Positions 38,930-48,930 of a stretch of 64,000 nucleotides of DNA are shown piece after piece. The notes beneath the pieces were generated by a model that saw only the letters and a program-made list of their open reading frames with translations, searched no databases and was not told where the DNA came from. Each line of letters begins with the position of its first letter. The first letter of the stretch is position 1. The stretch covers positions 143,872 through 207,871 of the forward strand of contig JBGSPE010000005.1 in assembly GCA_041738755.1 (NCBI GenBank), written 5' to 3'. This DNA is from Minisyncoccia bacterium (GTDB lineage: Bacteria; Patescibacteriota; Minisyncoccia; Phycocordibacterales; UBA918). Made by a program: the position numbers and the translations under genes.

Positions 38930-39535
38930 ATGGAAATTATTTACATTCTCACCAATGAGGCTATGCCTGGTTATATCAAAATTGGTAAAACAACAGATCT
39001 TACAACAAGAGTGAAGGATCTGTCGCGCGCATCGGGAGTTCCGCTACCTTTTGAGATTTTCTATGCAGCAGAAGTTGAAGATATGGATTTCGTTGAGAGA
39101 CAAATCCACAAAGCGTTTACCAACACTCGTGTGGCGAAAAATCGTGAATTCTTTACTGAAACTCCTGAGCATGTTGTGGCTGTTATTAAACTTAGAGAAA
39201 TACGAGAAGTCACACCTAGAGAAGATATTGTTGAATTTAAGGAAGATAGAGAAGCTCTGGAAAAGGTTAAGAGATATAAGAAGCGTTTTGATTTTGAGAG
39301 ATACGATATTCCAGTAGGTTCTGTTTTAACTTTTACACGTGACTCGAACGTAACTTGCACTCTTGTAGAAGGTTCAAATGTAAATCTTAACGGAAATATT
39401 TATAGTCTTTCTAAAGCTGCACAACTTTCACTAAATGTAGACTGGCCGGCTCAAGGACCTTTGTATTGGACATTTGAAGGAGAAACTCTTGATGAAAGAA
39501 GGCACAGACTCGAGCGTGATGAGCAACCGGAATAG
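38930..39535 (+). CDS. GIY-YIG nuclease, T5orf172/MUG113 family
   Basis: IYILTNEAMPGYIKIGKT..L..R, GVP.PF, NREFF. Confidence 0.88.
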   Translation: MEIIYILTNEAMPGYIKIGKTTDLTTRVKDLSRASGVPLPFEIFYAAEVEDMDFVERQIHKAFTNTRVAKNREFFTETPEHVVAVIKLREIREVTPREDIVEFKEDREALEKVKRYKKRFDFERYDIPVGSVLTFTRDSNVTCTLVEGSNVNLNGNIYSLSKAAQLSLNVDWPAQGPLYWTFEGETLDERRHRLERDEQPE

Positions 39536-39733
39536 AAATGGCTTAAAATTCAAATGATTTTGAAGTTTGTTAATATTGTCAGTTATACAATTTCCTCCAT
39601 TGTCTTACCGCTAACTCAAGTCAATTGCATATGGTATTGTGGTCTTTCTTTACAATAACCACTATAAATCGTATAAATTAATATTACTGAGGTATTTCTG
39701 CACCTACCTAACTTAACAATAACGTTATTATCT

Positions 39734-41365
39734 ATGAAGATAACCAATCAGAGTATTATCAAAGCATTTGCTGTAATTGTGTTGCTGCTAGGCATTACAA
39801 CTACCACTAACGCTCAAAGCGTTAGTCAGGTAGTGGAGTTAGCTCCAGGATGGAACGTCGTTTCAACCCCAATGGTCCTTCACTCGCATGATTTCTCAGC
39901 AGATGAAACCTCAACCAACTTTGATATTTATGTGCTCGATGCTTCAAAGCCAACTGGCTGGGCGACTATGGCAGATTTGGGACAGACAAAATTCACTCCA
40001 CTCTTTGGTTATTTCATTAATAATAAAACTGGAGAAGACCAAACACTGACTTTCAGTTTCAAGTCTGATGTTCCTCCGAATGAAAAACTCTTCGAACGAA
40101 CTTTTACTGCTGAAGGGTGGTACTCACTCGGTGTTGCCAATGCGGAATACGCAAAGACACAAAAAGCAGATCGAAGCGATACCGATAACCCAAGTAGTGT
40201 ACTAAGCCTTTTGACTGGTAATTATGACCTAGTAATTGATTTCACTGACGATAGCTATGAAAATGATAGAAACAGTGTTGCTTTAAGTGATCCTTGGAAA
40301 GCGGTGGTACCAAGTGACATCAATGAACTTAACGATCTCCGTGACACTAAGGGCTACGCAGTTTATATCAAGCAAGCAGGAGCCAGATACAACGGATTTC
40401 AGAATGACCCAGCTCCAGAAATTGAGTTTCCAGAAGAGTTATTATTTGGTTTAAGTTCAAATAATCCAGACAGCACCACAATAGTAGTTGATGAAGATAG
40501 TAATACAGATTCTACAATCCTTGAATATACAATTACTGCATCCAATGGTGACGTCTCACTTGATGAATTAGTCGTAAATATCCAAACTGAGACAGCAATT
40601 GAGAACGTGATTAGTTCCGTTAGAATTACTGTTGGTGGTAACCAATATTCATCAAGTGCTTCCGGTATCACCTCGACATCAGCTGACTTCACATTCGACA
40701 TTGATGGAGAAGTTATTGTACCTGAAGGAGAATCTCTTACTGTCGTTGTCTCAGTTCGTATTAAGGAGCAGTTAGGTAATTATGCCAATGGTGAAACTAT
40801 CCAAGCACAAGTAAGTTCAACACAAGTTGAGGCTACTGTAGCAAATGGTATTGATGGACTACTTGATGAAGCTAGGCTTAATGGTTCGGCAGTAGGTGAT
40901 ATTCACACACTCGCCGCCGCGGGATTACTTGTTCCGGTTGATGGTTTTGCTCAAAATACAGATACACGTGGTGATAATGATCAGATTGGTGAGTTCACAC
41001 TTGAATTCGAAATAACTGCATTGGAGGATGACTATTACATCACCGACAATTCGTTTGAAGCCACTACAACTGAAACTAATGGAATTGGCTTTACTCTACA
41101 ATCGCCAGGTTCAGCGAACATTACTTCAACTGTAAGTTCAACTGCAGATGAAGACACTAACGGGGTCTTCACCATACGCGAAGGAGAAACCGAGACTTTC
41201 ACTTTAACAGTTACAGTTGATCCAGATGTTACTGGGCAGCACAGAGTAGCTCTTACAGAAATTTGGTTTTCTAATGAATCAAATGGGACAATCGGAGCTA
41301 AAAAACATATACCGTTCCCAACTCAAGACTTCCGAACAAACTTCAATAACATCAACGCAAACTAG
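39734..41365 (+). CDS. Secreted beta-rich surface (S-layer-like) protein
   Basis: Signal peptide; LAPGWNVVSTP motif; T/S/D-rich Ig-like strands. Confidence 0.65.
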   Translation: MKITNQSIIKAFAVIVLLLGITTTTNAQSVSQVVELAPGWNVVSTPMVLHSHDFSADETSTNFDIYVLDASKPTGWATMADLGQTKFTPLFGYFINNKTGEDQTLTFSFKSDVPPNEKLFERTFTAEGWYSLGVANAEYAKTQKADRSDTDNPSSVLSLLTGNYDLVIDFTDDSYENDRNSVALSDPWKAVVPSDINELNDLRDTKGYAVYIKQAGARYNGFQNDPAPEIEFPEELLFGLSSNNPDSTTIVVDEDSNTDSTILEYTITASNGDVSLDELVVNIQTETAIENVISSVRITVGGNQYSSSASGITSTSADFTFDIDGEVIVPEGESLTVVVSVRIKEQLGNYANGETIQAQVSSTQVEATVANGIDGLLDEARLNGSAVGDIHTLAAAGLLVPVDGFAQNTDTRGDNDQIGEFTLEFEITALEDDYYITDNSFEATTTETNGIGFTLQSPGSANITSTVSSTADEDTNGVFTIREGETETFTLTVTVDPDVTGQHRVALTEIWFSNESNGTIGAKKHIPFPTQDFRTNFNNINAN

Positions 41366-41367
41366 AT

Positions 41368-41961
41368 ATGAAGAAAATAATTATCGCTTTAATTCTTCTA
41401 CTACCAGTTACTTCATTTGCCCAAGTACCTGCGTTTCCGATGGCTTTCTGGGGCACTGCTACAGTTGATGGTATTGCGGCTCCAGCTGGTGCAACTATTA
41501 GAGTATATGGGGGAACAAGTAAAATTGGTGAAGTTACTGTTATGTCTGGAGGAGTCTATGGCTACACTGAGCCAACAAAACAAAAACTTCTCGTTGAGGA
41601 AACAACAGGCTCACTCTCATTCACTATTCAAGCTCCTAGTATTAATGGTGGCATTGAGACACAGGGAGTAGTTCCGATTACACATGATTCATTTGAAGCA
41701 GGGGAGACGATGCAAAAGACACTTGATTTTGAGCTAACGACTCAAGTAACGAGTGGCAGATCTTCAAGTGGTGGAGGGGGTAGCGGAGGTGGCGGTCGCA
41801 GATCGAGTGCCTCGACACCAGCTATAACTCAGCCATTGGTGCTAGGGCAATCAACCACCACACCTGCGACAGAAGAGGAGCGACGTATTCAACTTCAAAA
41901 ACAGTTAATTACTTTACTTGTACAGCTCGTTGCTCTCTTGCAACAGCGAGCGAGCCTGTAG
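41368..41961 (+). CDS. Secreted protein with Gly/Ser linker and C-terminal amphipathic helix
   Basis: Signal peptide; P.AFWG.ATVDG..AP.G; SSSGGGGSGGGG; LQKQLITLLVQLVALL. Confidence 0.65.
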   Translation: MKKIIIALILLLPVTSFAQVPAFPMAFWGTATVDGIAAPAGATIRVYGGTSKIGEVTVMSGGVYGYTEPTKQKLLVEETTGSLSFTIQAPSINGGIETQGVVPITHDSFEAGETMQKTLDFELTTQVTSGRSSSGGGGSGGGGRRSSASTPAITQPLVLGQSTTTPATEEERRIQLQKQLITLLVQLVALLQQRASL

Positions 41962-42007
41962 TTATAAAATAGTGGTGAACTACTAGAAGTTTGCTATACT
42001 GCCAGCC

Positions 42008-43108
42008 ATGTCATTATCTGTTGGAATTGTGGGGTTGCCGAACGTCGGGAAATCGACGCTGTTTACTGCGCTCACAAAAAATGAAGTGTTGATTGCTAAT
42101 TATCCGTTTGCAACGATTGATCCGTCGGTTGGCGTGGTTGAAGTACCTGACACCAGGCTACACACCTTGGCGAAACTTTCTGAGTCAAAGAAGACCATTC
42201 CGGCGATTATTGAATTCGTTGATATTGCTGGACTCGTAAAGGGTGCGTCTGCTGGTGAAGGACTTGGAAACAAGTTCTTGGCTAATATTCGCGAGACCGA
42301 CATGATTGCCGAAGTAGTGCGAATTTTTGAAGATGGTGATATTCACCATGTCTCGGGTGGAGTTGACCCACTCGGGGATATTGAGGTGATTAACCTCGAA
42401 CTCATTATGGCTGATGGTGAGACCGTGAGTAAGCGGATGATGACCCTCGAGCGCGATGTCCGAGCTGGTAATAAAGAAGCTATCGCGCTGAAGGCTGTCC
42501 TCGAGCGACTCCTGCCACACCTTGAGTCTGGTAAGCTCGCGAACTCACTTGAGGTGACGGACGATGAGCAGAAGCTCCTCAAGGGTCTTCACTTGCTTAC
42601 CATGAAGCAATTTCTTTATATTTGTAATAAGAAGCAAGATGCGTTTAATCTTGATGAACATAATGATGACCGGTGGCAAGAGCTCCTAGAATTCTTTGAA
42701 TCAACGAACTCTGAGTACGTGATTGTCGATGCCGGAATGGAGCATGATTTGAAAGATATGGAGGAAGATGAGAAGAATGAATTCAGGCGAGAGTATGGCG
42801 CCCAAAACAGTGGGGTAGAGGCCCTTATCAAGGCAGCTTATCGCCGATTGGGCCTCATGAGTTACTTCACGACTGGTGAAATGGAAACAAGAGCCTGGAC
42901 TATCCCGGTTGGGAGTACTGGACCACAAGCTGGAGGAGCGATTCACTCTGATTTTGAGTCAAAGTATATTCGCGCTCAAGTAGTGGCTTTTGAAGATTTG
43001 GTGACCTGTGGTTCTAAAGCGGCCGCTCGTGACCAAGGAAAGCTCCGCACTGAAGGAAAGGAATACATTGTGAAAGATGGTGACGTGATTGAGTTTTTAC
43101 ACTCGTAG
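42008..43108 (+). CDS. ychF: Redox-regulated ATPase YchF
   Basis: GIVGLPNVGKST, NYPFATI, DIAGLV, C-terminal TGS domain (EGKEYIVKDGD). Confidence 0.97.
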   Translation: MSLSVGIVGLPNVGKSTLFTALTKNEVLIANYPFATIDPSVGVVEVPDTRLHTLAKLSESKKTIPAIIEFVDIAGLVKGASAGEGLGNKFLANIRETDMIAEVVRIFEDGDIHHVSGGVDPLGDIEVINLELIMADGETVSKRMMTLERDVRAGNKEAIALKAVLERLLPHLESGKLANSLEVTDDEQKLLKGLHLLTMKQFLYICNKKQDAFNLDEHNDDRWQELLEFFESTNSEYVIVDAGMEHDLKDMEEDEKNEFRREYGAQNSGVEALIKAAYRRLGLMSYFTTGEMETRAWTIPVGSTGPQAGGAIHSDFESKYIRAQVVAFEDLVTCGSKAAARDQGKLRTEGKEYIVKDGDVIEFLHS

Positions 43109-43129
43109 AATAAAAGAAGCGAGCAAGAA

Positions 43130-43163
43130 AAAGCCGCGGTCTCTCGTAGAGAGCCGCGGCTTT
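43130..43163. terminator. Bidirectional terminator
   Basis: AAAGCCGCGGTCTCT-cgt-AGAGAGCCGCGGCTTT. Confidence 0.8.
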
Positions 43164-43188
43164 GATTTGTTTACTTGACGGGTAGTTG

Positions 43189-43545
43189 TTACTCATCAAG
43201 CGGTAGCTCATATTGACCAGTATTGGCCTCGCGAATCAGTCGCTTGCGTGCGACCGGCTTGGTAAGCAGGTCAACGAGCGCATCGAGCACCGGACGGGGT
43301 TTGTCCCACCAAACACTAATTCTCGTCTTGACCATGCTGACCTGCTGCGTTGTCCACCGAGACAGCTTTTCCATATCATCGGGAATGATGATGTCGGCCG
43401 CGATGAAATATACAAACAACGCGACACCGGTTACAAAAGCGTGTCCAACCAGGTTCGCTACGAACGTGGACGAGGAATCACTGAAAAGGGCGTTGCAGAT
43501 CAGGTAGATCACAACGATACCCAGTAGCCTGTACCGAAGTTTCAT
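43189..43545 (-). CDS. Two-TM hypothetical protein
   Basis: SD AAGGAG before ATG; two hydrophobic helices. Confidence 0.6.
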   Translation of the reverse strand: MKLRYRLLGIVVIYLICNALFSDSSSTFVANLVGHAFVTGVALFVYFIAADIIIPDDMEKLSRWTTQQVSMVKTRISVWWDKPRPVLDALVDLLTKPVARKRLIREANTGQYELPLDE

Positions 43546-43732
43546 CGGATATCTCCTTGTTACTTATGAGTGAAAAGACCAAAAGGGCAGATATGTCTTG
43601 TGACCGTACCTGTTATAAGTATTTCTAGTCCCTGTGACGGGAAAGAGAAGGATTTCTTACAAACGCGCTAACCCTAGGCAAGACCTAGGGCTAAGGTTTG
43701 ATAATGAATGTCAAGCTAGCGCTATTTAGCCA

Positions 43733-43996
43733 CTATTGCGTGTTTGTGTCAACCCTTTGGACTGGACTGACTACACCGGGGATCCATTCGGCCTTGATTT
43801 CACCGTGTTGTTTCTCAAAGTCACCGATTTGATGAGCAAGGTACTGTTGGAGGCGCTTAGCATGCTGAGGGGTCAGCGAATAGATGCCGGCTTGAGTTCC
43901 TGAGCGCAAACCCATCACAAAATATTCTGGCGTAAAGGCCACACTAATACTCTCACAAAAAAGCTTCGGGGCTTGTTTCAATTCATCGTTTTTCAT
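43733..43996 (-). CDS. DUF3467 family protein
   Basis: Characteristic ..TPQHAKRL...L...I..FE..HGEI. Confidence 0.75.
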   Translation of the reverse strand: MKNDELKQAPKLFCESISVAFTPEYFVMGLRSGTQAGIYSLTPQHAKRLQQYLAHQIGDFEKQHGEIKAEWIPGVVSPVQRVDTNTQ

Positions 43997-44018
43997 ATGT
44001 ACGCTATACTACTACACA

Positions 44019-44417
44019 ATGAATGACACTGATAGGAAAAAGAAGACCCCCGACTGGCGGTCACAAGCAACATTTGAAGCATATAACCAAAAAATCAGTG
44101 AAGGACACTTGAACGGTGGGTGCCGGCTGTGTGAGGCAGAGCCACTCGAAGAATTTGCGTATTGGTACCTCATCCCAAATAATTTTCCCTATGACCGGGT
44201 AGCCGATGTCCATCACATGATTGTCCCGAAGCGTCATACTGACGGGGAAGACTTATCGCCTGATGAGTTAGCAGAACTAGATATGTTAAAAAAGACGGTT
44301 CTCAATACGCGAGGCTACAATTACATTCTGCAATCACTCCCAAACCAAATGTCGATTCCGACCCACCTGCACTACCATTTGTTACAAGCAAAGACGTTTG
44401 CTGACATTGACGCATAG
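44019..44417 (+). CDS. HIT-like nucleotide-binding protein
   Basis: CxxC, N.FPY, H.MIVPKRH, SIPTHLHYH. Confidence 0.8.
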   Translation: MNDTDRKKKTPDWRSQATFEAYNQKISEGHLNGGCRLCEAEPLEEFAYWYLIPNNFPYDRVADVHHMIVPKRHTDGEDLSPDELAELDMLKKTVLNTRGYNYILQSLPNQMSIPTHLHYHLLQAKTFADIDA

Positions 44418-44476
44418 GAGATTTCTAGTATAACTACCGCAGATTTTGATCATCAATTTACCGAAAGGAATTATGT

Positions 44477-45334
44477 GTGGTGTTGGAATCATCAGTGGTG
44501 TTTTTGAACACTTGGAAGCATGCCTGTGCTAAGGAACTTACCAAGTTTCTCTCATTACAACGAGACAAAACCGTGATATGCCTCACGGAAGTCACTGCCG
44601 TGGCGGAGAGTGAGATTGCTCGTCTCGGCTCTAATCTTGCATACAATACACACTCGGAGACTCTAGCATCACAGGTCGATGGCTTGAAACAGCTCGAGAT
44701 GATGAGTACAACTTATTCGATTATCTATGCGGCTGATCATGTTGGAGACATGACCTGCACCATGACTGGTCGAAGGTTTAAGAATGTAAGTCTCGGTAGT
44801 GCCTTGCTCGTAAGACGAAATGTGGTTGTGATTGATCAGGGTGAACTATTGATTGATTTCAAATTGTCGGGTGTGAGCAATCGGGTGGTTCAGTGGGTGG
44901 CCTATCAAAAAGGTAGCCTACGCTACTTGGTTGCACATTTCCATGGTGTCTGGATAAAAGGTAACACCAAAGGTGACCATGGTATTCGTATTGATCAATC
45001 AAAACAAGTGCGGAAATATCTCCAACAACTCAAGCAAACCTATCGCATTGATAAAGTTGTGCTTGGTGGGGATTTTAATCTCGATATCACGACGCAATCG
45101 TTACAGCTCCTCTGCCAGGGCGAGGGTGACGACGAAGATACCTACATCAACCTGATTAGGAAATTTGGTATTACCAGTACTCGAACTACCCATTACCGGG
45201 ATTACCATGATGCTGGAGCCCGTCTCTACGCTGACTATGTTCTCACGAGTAAAAATGTACGGGTACGAGAGTTTGCGGTGCGAACTGATCTGCTGGTTTC
45301 AGACCACGCGCCCTTGATTCTTACCTTCACCTGA
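44477..45334 (+). CDS. Endonuclease/exonuclease/phosphatase (EEP) family protein
   Basis: LNTW, CLTEV, HFH, GGDFN, ADY, SDH.PL. Confidence 0.88.
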   Translation: MVLESSVVFLNTWKHACAKELTKFLSLQRDKTVICLTEVTAVAESEIARLGSNLAYNTHSETLASQVDGLKQLEMMSTTYSIIYAADHVGDMTCTMTGRRFKNVSLGSALLVRRNVVVIDQGELLIDFKLSGVSNRVVQWVAYQKGSLRYLVAHFHGVWIKGNTKGDHGIRIDQSKQVRKYLQQLKQTYRIDKVVLGGDFNLDITTQSLQLLCQGEGDDEDTYINLIRKFGITSTRTTHYRDYHDAGARLYADYVLTSKNVRVREFAVRTDLLVSDHAPLILTFT

Positions 45335-45344
45335 ATAATCGTTC

Positions 45345-45378
45345 AAAGGCCGGACGCGATAGCGTCCGGCCTTTTTTT
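45345..45378 (+). terminator. Intrinsic terminator
   Basis: AAAGGCCGGACGC-gata-GCGTCCGGCCTTTTTTT. Confidence 0.85.
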
Positions 45379-45446
45379 GTAACATTTGATGATAGTGAAC
45401 TGTTATAATAGGAAAGTACTAAATTTACTAATTAGCACGTATCACT

Positions 45447-46361
45447 ATGTCACAACCCAATACTGCCAAACACTTTGTACTACAGCTTGGCTCACTCATT
45501 ACCTTATTTATTACCCTGGGATTTTTTCTTACCCTCCTTTTCAGCATTATCACACTCCAGTTTCCTGATGCCGCTGACGGCATTTGGGAGATAGAGGGCG
45601 CGGAGAGTATGCTCCGCACTAGCTTTGCGATGGTTATCGTATTTTTCCCCACCTATCTAGGACTAACGCGAGCAATCAATAAACTGCGACGAAAAGAGAA
45701 GCACGCAACGTACACCGGAGTAACAAAGTGGCTGATTTACTTGGCGCTCCTTGCGGCCGGATTGGTATTGCTCGGTGACTTAGTGGCTGTCATCATGAGT
45801 TACCTTGAGGGTGATATCACGCTTCGGTTTGTCCTTAAAGCTTTGGCCGTCTTACTCGTGGTTGGTTCTGCCTTCTCCTACTACTTGCTTGATGCAATGG
45901 GGTATTGGCTCAAACACGAGAAACTATCTATCTGGTACGGCATTAAAATAACGGTGCTCATCGTACTGGGCTTGGGGTATGCTCTGACGTTCATCGACTC
46001 ACCAAGCGAAGTCCGTGCAGCACGGATTGATCAAAACCAAATCTACGACCTACAGAATATTCAGTGGAGTATACAAAACTATATCGCTACCAATAGTCAA
46101 GTTCCAGAAAACCTGGAAGCGATAGCGGAGAGTACAACACTTCCGGTAGCGCCGAGTGAACGAACACCATATCGGTATGAAAAAACTGACTCAGGTTTCG
46201 CACTCTGTGCAACCTTCAGCAAAGATTCTTTACCGGTAGATAATTCATTTGCCATACCTCTAGATAAGGAGGCTATTATCCGCAATCCAGATAATTGGAG
46301 TTACACAGCAGGTGAGTCTTGTTTTGAACGAACGGTGAATCTTACAACTGATACTGAGTAA
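45447..46361 (+). CDS. DUF5671-like membrane protein with pilin-like C-terminal region
   Basis: Several TM helices, KWLIYL.L, SP...R..R.D...I.DL..I, Y.Y......F.LCATF. Confidence 0.7.
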   Translation: MSQPNTAKHFVLQLGSLITLFITLGFFLTLLFSIITLQFPDAADGIWEIEGAESMLRTSFAMVIVFFPTYLGLTRAINKLRRKEKHATYTGVTKWLIYLALLAAGLVLLGDLVAVIMSYLEGDITLRFVLKALAVLLVVGSAFSYYLLDAMGYWLKHEKLSIWYGIKITVLIVLGLGYALTFIDSPSEVRAARIDQNQIYDLQNIQWSIQNYIATNSQVPENLEAIAESTTLPVAPSERTPYRYEKTDSGFALCATFSKDSLPVDNSFAIPLDKEAIIRNPDNWSYTAGESCFERTVNLTTDTE

Positions 46362-46380
46362 GTAATTACAAGCAGAAATG

Positions 46381-46404
46381 AAAGGCCCGCGAAGCGGGCC
46401 TTTT
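46381..46404 (+). terminator. Intrinsic terminator
   Basis: AAAGGCCCGC-gaa-GCGGGCCTTTT. Confidence 0.8.
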
Positions 46405-46457
46405 GTGTACATTACTGCAAAGATGATGCATAATAAGAACTTCAAAGGAAATATTCT

Positions 46458-48839
46458 ATGCATAAACGATATCAACATCAGGATTTTGAGGGGAAATGGC
46501 AACAAGTGTGGGCTGACCAAAAAATCTATGATGTTGGTGAGCGAGATGAGACAAAAGAAAAGGAGTATGTGCTGGTTGAGTGGCCATATCCATCAGGCAA
46601 CCTCCACGTCGGGCACTGGTACGCATTTGGAGTGCCTGATATCTACGTCAGATTCAAGCGAATGAGCGGTAAACAAGTCCTTTATCCAATGGGGTTTGAT
46701 GCCTTTGGCTTACCGGCTGAAAACGCAGCGATTAAACGAAATATTAATCCTAAGGATTGGACAGAGAGTAATATCGCCTACATGAAGCAACAGCTTCTAA
46801 GTATGGGGAATGCCTTCTCATGGGATAAAACCACAGCGTCGATTGATGAAGACTATTACCGCTGGACGCAGTGGATGTTTACCGAATTTTTTAAACACGA
46901 CTTAGCCTTCCGGGGCGTGGCTACGGTTAATTGGGATCCGATAGATAATACCGTGATTGCCAATGAACAAGTGCTCGCTGATGGTACTTCAGAGCGCTCA
47001 GGAGCGGTTGTAATTAAAAAAGAGCTGCCGCAGTGGATGCTTAAGATAACTAACTTTGCGAATGAATTGATTGATGACCTGGATTCGCTTGATTGGCCAC
47101 ACTTTATTAAAGAAGGACAACGACAATGGATTGGGCGCTCAAAAGGAGCTGAATTGTCTTTTACACTCTCAAGTGGTGACCGGGTAGCGGTTTTTACTAC
47201 TCGCATTGATACGTTATTTGGAGTGACGTACCTAGTTTTGGCTCCTGAACACCCTCTCATACCTACGCTCACAATCATTAATCATGATGAAGTCACGACA
47301 TACATCGCTACAGCAGCGCAAAAGGCAGAGCAGGATAGACTTGATGCCACCAAAGAAAAAACTGGCGTTCGACTTGAGGGAGTGACAGCCACTAATCCAA
47401 TTAGTGGGGAAGTGATACCGGTATTTGTTGCTGACTACGTGATAGGAAGCTACGGTACGGGCGCAGTGATGGCGGTACCAGCTCACGATGCTCGAGATTA
47501 TGAGTTTGCACGAAAATTTGAACTCCCGATTATCCAAGTCATCAGCGGTACAGATGAATTGCCATACAGTGGTCCGGGACAACTTACAAATTCTGGTAGC
47601 TTAAACGGCCTCTCGATTGAAGAAGCTACGCCTCGAATTATCGAAAAGGTTGGGGCTAACGTGACAGAGACCTTTAGACTGCGTGACTGGTCAATCGGTA
47701 GGCAACGCTACTGGGGTGTGCCAATTCCGATTGTGTATGACCCTAGTGGCCAAGCCCATCCAGTACCGCTTGAGCATTTGCCGTGGCGACTTCCAACTGA
47801 TGTTGACTTCACTCCAACCGGGGAAGCACCACTCGCAAAATCAGTTGAACTCAAAGAGCGAACAGAGCGAATTTTCGGTGCCGGTTGGACACCTGAAGTT
47901 GAAACGATGGATACCTTTGTGGATTCTTCGTGGTACTTCTTGCGATATATTGATAATAAGAACGATGAAATATTTTCTTCATTAGAAAAGCAGCGACAAT
48001 GGATGCCGGTTGATACGTATTTTGGAGGAGCAGAACACACCACGATGCACGTGTTGTATTCACGATTTTGGCAGAAAGCCCTCCACAAGCTGGAGCTCGC
48101 AGTTCACAACGAACCGTACCTAAGACGATTCAATCGTGGCTTGGTGCTCGGGACAGACGGCAACAAAATGAGCAAGAGCAAGGGCAACGTGATTGACCCA
48201 GATGAACAGGTAAAGTTAGTTGGAGCTGACACCGTGAAGATGTATTTGGCATTTATGGGGCCATACACCGAGACCACTACTTACCCCTGGGATATGGGAG
48301 GGATTGCCGGGATTCGACGATTCTTAGAGCGGGTCAATGGCTTAGTTGATCATATTATTGATACCGAACCACGCTCAAGTACCGAACAGCTACACCGAGC
48401 GATTGCAAAGGTCTGCAATGATTTCAATCATTGTAAATTTAATACCGCCATTAGCGCCTTGATGATTTACGTTAATCACGTCGAGAAAGCTGGTCTCAGT
48501 AAAGCTAGCTATGAGACGTTTTTGACCATATTGGCGCCGCTTGCTCCACACCTCACTGAAGAACTGTGGGCTACCCTTGGTCACACCGCAAGTATCCACC
48601 TCGAATCATTCCCAGAGGCAGATGAGACGTATCTGAAAGCAGATACGGTCACGATTGGCGTACAGATTAATGGCAAGCTCCGGGGCCAACTTACCTTACC
48701 GAGTGAAGCAGATGAAGCCACCGCCAGGGCACATTTGGCGGAGTCAGAGGAACTAAAGGGAAGGCTGGAGCGATTAACCATAACTAAAATCATCTATGTC
48801 CCCGGGAAAATCCTTAATATTATCGGGACAGAGATATAA
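46458..48839 (+). CDS. leuS: Leucine--tRNA ligase
   Basis: PYPSG.LHVGH, editing domain (VFTTR, GTGAVMAVPAHD), RQRYWG, KMSKSKGN. Confidence 0.97.
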   Translation: MHKRYQHQDFEGKWQQVWADQKIYDVGERDETKEKEYVLVEWPYPSGNLHVGHWYAFGVPDIYVRFKRMSGKQVLYPMGFDAFGLPAENAAIKRNINPKDWTESNIAYMKQQLLSMGNAFSWDKTTASIDEDYYRWTQWMFTEFFKHDLAFRGVATVNWDPIDNTVIANEQVLADGTSERSGAVVIKKELPQWMLKITNFANELIDDLDSLDWPHFIKEGQRQWIGRSKGAELSFTLSSGDRVAVFTTRIDTLFGVTYLVLAPEHPLIPTLTIINHDEVTTYIATAAQKAEQDRLDATKEKTGVRLEGVTATNPISGEVIPVFVADYVIGSYGTGAVMAVPAHDARDYEFARKFELPIIQVISGTDELPYSGPGQLTNSGSLNGLSIEEATPRIIEKVGANVTETFRLRDWSIGRQRYWGVPIPIVYDPSGQAHPVPLEHLPWRLPTDVDFTPTGEAPLAKSVELKERTERIFGAGWTPEVETMDTFVDSSWYFLRYIDNKNDEIFSSLEKQRQWMPVDTYFGGAEHTTMHVLYSRFWQKALHKLELAVHNEPYLRRFNRGLVLGTDGNKMSKSKGNVIDPDEQVKLVGADTVKMYLAFMGPYTETTTYPWDMGGIAGIRRFLERVNGLVDHIIDTEPRSSTEQLHRAIAKVCNDFNHCKFNTAISALMIYVNHVEKAGLSKASYETFLTILAPLAPHLTEELWATLGHTASIHLESFPEADETYLKADTVTIGVQINGKLRGQLTLPSEADEATARAHLAESEELKGRLERLTITKIIYVPGKILNIIGTEI

Positions 48840-48930
48840 ACACCTGGTGTTGACCAAATTGACCGGACATGTTATAAACTATGCCATGCATTGAAGCGAA
48901 GGAAGTAATACTCAAACTACAAGCTAAAAT

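Noticed and set aside
43546-43732. Riboswitch in the long intergenic region
   Set aside because: Only one clear hairpin (CCCTAGG/CCTAGGG), which fits a terminator for the DUF3467 gene; no aptamer consensus recognised.
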